In this document: positions 46,313-49,874 of the stretch, in pieces
Layout: each line of letters starts with the position of its first letter
How positions within the stretch are numbered: position 1 is the first letter of the stretch
DNA from: a virus
Lineage: Duplodnaviria > Caudoviricetes
Direction: 5' to 3' (one strand)
IMG/VR virus record: IMGVR_UViG_3300037851_001504
Location: 1-49,874 of that record
Length of the DNA: 49,874 nt
Program-made: the position numbers and the translations under genes
The notes under the pieces: generated by a model
The model's database searches: none
The model's input: only the letters and a program-made list of their open reading frames with translations
What the model was told of the DNA's origin: nothing

Positions 46313-46664
46313 CGATAGATACAAGGTATGCTCATTCATAAAGCATTACAAATACGGATACCTCTGCGATGACTCAGACCTATGCGAGGAATGCAGTATC
46401 CTAGTTGCCGGAGTGCCTATAAGAGAGATCCACGAATGGCACAAAGAGAGGATGAGAATAATCAAAAAATACCATTGGTGTGACAATTTGTCTAGGGGGG
46501 AACCTATGCTTTTACTTGCAAAAGACGGCAGAGGCGGAGAGATAGTATGCCAATATTGCAAAGCAAGATTCGATCTAGACAACTACATAGAGGCCGTAGT
46601 TAAGGCCAAATATGAGTTTATCAAAAAGAGGGCGAAAAATGTACCTACTCTGGCACAACTATGA
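46299..46664 (+). CDS. Cys-rich putative Zn-binding protein
   Basis: C...C....CEEC...HWC...CQYC; ATG 46299 after GGAG. Confidence 0.7.
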   Translation: MTLIDDRYKVCSFIKHYKYGYLCDDSDLCEECSILVAGVPIREIHEWHKERMRIIKKYHWCDNLSRGEPMLLLAKDGRGGEIVCQYCKARFDLDNYIEAVVKAKYEFIKKRAKNVPTLAQL

Positions 46665-46731
46665 CTGGCCAACTATTCTATTCTGCACAATTTTAGCGGC
46701 GATGTTTACTCTAGGCCTGCAAAAACTATAG
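46639..46731 (+). CDS. 30-aa hydrophobic peptide (not in ORF track)
   Basis: MYLLWHNYDWPTILFCTILAAMFTLGLQKL; GAGGG RBS; one TM-like helix. Confidence 0.45.
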   Translation: MYLLWHNYDWPTILFCTILAAMFTLGLQKL

Positions 46732-46787
46732 CTGTACTGAAATATGGCGGCCGTAGAATAAACTGTATGACAACACTTAACTGGCAA

Positions 46788-46852
46788 AAAATTTCTGGGG
46801 ATTTAGAGAGTGAGCGAATTTTGCGGGGATTTTGCAGAAAATTTTCGGGGGA
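46788..46852 (+). repeat. Three imperfect AATTT..GGGGA direct repeats
   Basis: AAATTTCTGGGGATTT, AATTTTGCGGGGATTT, AAATTTTCGGGGGA. Confidence 0.5.
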
Positions 46853-47032
46853 AGGTATTAACCAATTCCATAGTATACCCCCAAAGAGTGTCATACACAT
46901 AGGGGATTTGATTTTTTTCCGGAAATTGTTTTTTTACAATGCTCACGGTCTGGGGCGGGAAGCGACCCCCTGCGGGAATCTTGATTCGTTTGGCCCCAAA
47001 AAGGGCAAATAAGGTGTTCTTTGGCCGCGGCC

Positions 47033-47085
47033 AAAAAAAAAAATCAAAAAAATAAAAAAAAGGGGGGGCGGGGTGATGCCCCCCC
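47033..47085 (-). terminator. Strong terminator for 47097..47384
   Basis: GGGGGGGC-ATCACCCC-GCCCCCCC hairpin followed by three long T tracts. Confidence 0.85.
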
Positions 47086-47096
47086 AACAGACATGC

Positions 47097-47384
47097 TTAC
47101 TGTTTGGCCTTTTTTATGGCCTTAATGGCTTGGCGGTGATAAAGCGTCACTGCGACTTCCGTGAGCTTCTGGAGGCTTACCCCGTCGGCAAGGGCCACAT
47201 CGCATATTGCCACGGGCACGAAGCCGATAACCCGCCTTACCGTGGTCGCTTCGCCTGTGAGGAGGTTTCGCCCCTCTCTTATGTTGCTTGTTCCCCCGGT
47301 TTTACGCCCTCCGCCCAAAAAGATGGACGGGAGGTCCGTTTCGTTTTCGTTGGTCTTTGGTGTTTTGTTTTCGTTTGGTTCCAT
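47097..47384 (-). CDS. RHH-like protein, paralog A
   Basis: 95 aa from MEPNENK; AAGGAG RBS; own promoter and terminator; aligns with 49345..49605. Confidence 0.8.
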   Translation of the reverse strand: MEPNENKTPKTNENETDLPSIFLGGGRKTGGTSNIREGRNLLTGEATTVRRVIGFVPVAICDVALADGVSLQKLTEVAVTLYHRQAIKAIKKAKQ

Positions 47385-47452
47385 GTTTTTTTTTTCTCCT
47401 TGGTTTTTTTGCTCCGCACAACGTGCACGGATATACCCCTTATGGCCCCTGA

Positions 47453-47470
47453 CATATATATACCTTTCCG
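47453..47470 (-). promoter_or_regulatory. BRE/TATA promoter of 47097..47384
   Basis: CGGAAAGGTATATATATG on the minus strand. Confidence 0.7.
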
Positions 47471-47727
47471 GGCTTCGGGCCTTCGGGCCACTTGCGGGTG
47501 GGGGCCTAATTGGCCTTATTTCGGGCATATCACACGGGCCTCCTGGGACTCGCATGTCTAATGTCTTATAGTAAGGCGCGACACATACAGAACCAACCGG
47601 CGCGGGAGACAGCCAGAAACAAGCCTAATAACTAATAGTAAGGGCGGATATACCAGATTCCACAGAAACAGGTCATACCCAGCCTACCGCCAGAAATGCG
47701 GTCTGTAAGAGGGGAGAGGCTATGTAA

Positions 47728-47807
47728 AGATATGTAGATATATTCAAATGAATAGATATGTAGATATATTCAAATGAATAGATGTATAGATACTACTCAA
47801 ATGAATA
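47728..47807. repeat. Tandem 26-bp AT-rich repeat (2 perfect copies, 1 degenerate) with a palindromic core; candidate origin or operator
   Basis: AGATATGTAGATATATTCAAATGAAT at 47728 and 47754; AGATGTATAGATACTACTCAAATGAAT at 47780. Confidence 0.85.
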
Positions 47808-48069
47808 TATTCTAATGTATGGATATACTTAGATAGATTATACTTATAGAGGTCTATTGATGATTTAGATTTTTTCTTTCAGACCCGCACATCTCAAATG
47901 AGATATTATCTTTTTCCCCGCTTCAGCCCCCGGTCTCGCATATCTCATATCTGATAGTAAGGCGAACTTGCCACTTGCGAGTGGTCGCAAGGGCATAAAT
48001 ATGTCGCCCCCCCAATATACGGTAAATGGGCGTCCCCCACCGGGAAGCCTAAAGGAGGTAAGAAGAGAA

Positions 48070-48342
48070 ATGGAAAAACGAGATGTAAGACAGATTGGCC
48101 TACAAGAAGGCCTAAAAGGAAAAAGGCTATGGCGGTTTGAGAGATTTATGGCTCTCCGCCTGCCAGACGAGATAGACCCGATATATACAGCCGAGTGGGC
48201 CAGTAGATTTTTGGCCCATACAGAGTATCTGATGGGAGACAAGGAGTCTCATCTGGCTCTACGCCAGATATCTATGGAAGAAGAGAAACTTGAGGCAGAA
48301 GGGGCTTTTGAGGCCCCCGAGCTTCTTGAGGAGGGGGTCTAA
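48070..48342 (+). CDS. Hypothetical protein
   Basis: GGAGGT RBS before ATG 48070 (ORF track starts at 47968). Confidence 0.7.
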   Translation: MEKRDVRQIGLQEGLKGKRLWRFERFMALRLPDEIDPIYTAEWASRFLAHTEYLMGDKESHLALRQISMEEEKLEAEGAFEAPELLEEGV

Positions 48343-48591
48343 ATGGGCAATGAGCTAGCTCTGCCGACCCTTAGCGCAAGGCTAATGGGTCAAAAAGAGG
48401 TGAGGGCTTTAGTAACGCCCCTCTTGGCAGAAGGAGCTATGAGGTGTGAGCTCATTGTCTATCGGGGGGAAGGAGACCAATTACTGGGAATTCTGCTTGA
48501 GCCGTTTGATGAAACGAGCCTAACAGAGACAAAGAGAATAAAAGTCTCACATCTAGGAGACATAACGGAGATGTTCCAGACAGATGTGTGA
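48343..48591 (+). CDS. Hypothetical protein
   Basis: GAGGAGG RBS; coupled to the previous gene. Confidence 0.7.
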   Translation: MGNELALPTLSARLMGQKEVRALVTPLLAEGAMRCELIVYRGEGDQLLGILLEPFDETSLTETKRIKVSHLGDITEMFQTDV

Positions 48592-48829
48592 TAAGTGCGA
48601 CCATTACTGGGGGGATAAGAGACCATTAGCGGCCAGCCTTTTTCCTAATGAGGATACAGTAAAGGTAGTGATAGCCATGGACCTACCTAGGCATACAGTA
48701 GAACACATGAAGAAGATAAGCCAGGATACAGAGGGCAAGGTCTCTATTAAGGAAGCCTTTGAAGCGTCTGTAGTAATGGGTCTCGTTGAACTAAGAGGCT
48801 TTTTAGTGCTTGTAGGTGCGCTGAAATGA
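48584..48829 (+). CDS. Small protein with CxxC and a possible RHH region
   Basis: CDKCDH; VVIAMDLPRHTVEHMKKIS...SIKEAFEASVVMGL. Confidence 0.6.
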   Translation: MCDKCDHYWGDKRPLAASLFPNEDTVKVVIAMDLPRHTVEHMKKISQDTEGKVSIKEAFEASVVMGLVELRGFLVLVGALK

Positions 48830-49011
48830 AAATAGATATAATATATGGTGAGGCATATCCGATATATTCGTTTATGCCTCTTAAAGGTAATCTTCCCTAT
48901 GGGGAGGGTGTGGAGGTATCTAGGGCAACTCTAAAAAGGCTAAAACGCCTCCAAAAGGCTCAAGAAGATTATCAGAAACTTCTAGCGAAACTGTTAGGGG
49001 ATACTATATAA
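48826..49011 (+). CDS. Hypothetical protein
   Basis: ATGA overlap; AGGTG RBS. Confidence 0.65.
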   Translation: MKIDIIYGEAYPIYSFMPLKGNLPYGEGVEVSRATLKRLKRLQKAQEDYQKLLAKLLGDTI

Positions 49012-49158
49012 TAGGGGCCATAGACACAATGAGACATAAACCTATCGACAGACATATTTCTTTGTATTATATTACTAGTAAGACGGCCTATAGTAAGGCG
49101 GATACCTCAAAAAATCCCCTTTTTGCGACAATAATAAGGGCGAAAAAAAACCCGAATT

Positions 49159-49316
49159 CCCAGTTTGTTAGGCATCATCCAATTGACCTAACATCTGGGG
49201 CCTGGAGAGAAAACACCTCCTCGGTGAGCGACTTACCTCGTATGTCTCTCCAGGTTCATAGTCATTCCCCTCTCTTAGACGAACTGAGCTTGCTCTATGT
49301 GGTCTAGGAGCGGGGA
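49159..49316 (+). ncRNA. Candidate structured RNA or 5' leader with three consecutive hairpins
   Basis: Stems at 49159..49199, 49201..49254 (perfect CCTGGAGAGA/TCTCTCCAGG) and 49266..49316. Confidence 0.55.
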
Positions 49317-49344
49317 TAGACACCTAAACGGAGGAAAAACAGAA

Positions 49345-49605
49345 ATGGCAGAAACAGCAGTACCAACACTGCACCTAAAGAGTGGAAGGAAGGACGGCTC
49401 GTGGGCTAACGAGACTGTCCAGCGGAAGAACCCTATAACTGGGTCTGAGGAAGCCTATGTGAATATCGTAGGCAAAATACCTCAGAAGGCTAGGGAAGCA
49501 ATAAGAGCATCAGGTATGCCTGACGCTTTTGTGCTTGATGTAGCCCTCCAGATGGGTCTCCCAAAGGCTCTGGAGGCAATTAGAAAGGCGAAAGGAGGCA
49601 ACTAA
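49345..49605 (+). CDS. RHH-like protein, paralog B
   Basis: 86 aa from MAETAVP; GGAGG RBS; aligns with 47097..47384. Confidence 0.8.
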   Translation: MAETAVPTLHLKSGRKDGSWANETVQRKNPITGSEEAYVNIVGKIPQKAREAIRASGMPDAFVLDVALQMGLPKALEAIRKAKGGN

Positions 49606-49616
49606 ATAGTTGTCTC

Positions 49617-49661
49617 ATGGCGAGGCTGGAGGGGCCTAGGCAGGTTTCTCCAGCTAGCCAT
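49617..49661 (+). other. Long intergenic RNA hairpin
   Basis: ATGGC/GCCAT plus a 14-bp stem GGCTGGAGGGGCCT/AGGTTTCTCCAGCT containing G-U pairs. Confidence 0.6.
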
Positions 49662-49686
49662 AAATAAAGGGGGATAAAAAGAGATA

Positions 49687-49874
49687 TGGAGAACGACTAT
49701 CAAGAATTCCTAGATGGAGAACCTAGATTTCCTCCCGCAGGCCAAAGGTCTCGGCTTGAGGAACTACTCTATAATGAGTATCTAGCTGAAATTGAGAATC
49801 GAGATGAGAATGAGGAAAGACAGGTAAGTGTCTTAGCCCTAGCAGACGCAGAAATAATCACTGAGGAGGAATAA
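49687..49874 (+). CDS. Acidic hypothetical protein
   Basis: 62-aa ORF (track gives 49686..49874) with GGGGGA upstream; E/D-rich; ends at the window edge. Confidence 0.6.

Larger units (their letters stand above)
1..49874. mobile_element. Archaeal tailed virus (Caudoviricetes, siphovirus-like) genome segment, probable DPANN host
   Basis: Canonical terminase-portal-protease-MCP-neck-tail tube-tape measure-baseplate order; archaeal TATA/BRE promoters, S-layer and Lrp genes; no host housekeeping genes. Confidence 0.9.

Noticed and set aside
44129-46664. Restriction-modification system
   Set aside because: No recognisable restriction endonuclease next to the MTase
46706-47571. ORFs 46706..46900, 46767..47012, 46803..47087, 47073..47561, 47161..47571 and 47279..47491
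   Set aside because: They run through homopolymer tracts and a terminator, or overlap the better-supported 47097..47384 gene
47728-47807. Possible mini-CRISPR array
   Set aside because: The repeats are directly tandem with no spacers, and no cas genes are present
49029-49307. 92-aa ORF
   Set aside because: No clear RBS; it overlaps repeated motifs and strong hairpins, so non-coding is the better explanation, though coding is not excluded
1-49874. tRNA genes, integrase/att sites, terminal repeats, contractile sheath
   Set aside because: None recognised; the window ends coincide with gene boundaries and share no visible repeat

Overview
About 50 kb of an archaeal tailed dsDNA virus (Caudoviricetes). 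No tail sheath gene was seen, so a siphovirus-like morphotype is likely. The host is probably DPANN-type: the window has BRE/TATA promoters, GGAGG/GGTGA ribosome-binding sites, an archaeal S-layer gene, an Lrp/AsnC regulator and ribbon-helix-helix (RHH) regulators. A minus-strand late region (43450 down to 783) runs terS, terL, portal(+MuF), protease, scaffold, major capsid, head accessories, neck, two tail tubes, chaperones, tape measure, Dit, a giant 3623-aa protein, baseplate hub, a membrane protein, S-layer protein, a phosphoesterase and fibre/adhesin genes. A plus-strand block (43543-46731) encodes Zn fingers, a C5 DNA methyltransferase, a PAPS-reductase-like PP-loop protein and an Lrp regulator. 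A repeat-rich control region and small early-type genes follow. Most notable: (1) a possible host-surface remodelling set (S-layer protein with no N-glycosylation sequons, a giant sequon-dense membrane-anchored adhesin inside the tail operon, and a holin-like protein); (2) a prohead protease fused to two LigD 3'-phosphoesterase-like domains; (3) a methyltransferase gene with a nested alternative-frame ORF like the M.EcoHK31I beta subunit; (4) divergent paralogous RHH genes around palindromic tandem repeats, plus a multi-hairpin candidate ncRNA. No polymerase, helicase, integrase, tRNA or CRISPR array was seen, and the window is probably not the whole genome. All family assignments are by-eye motif recognition; no searches were run.
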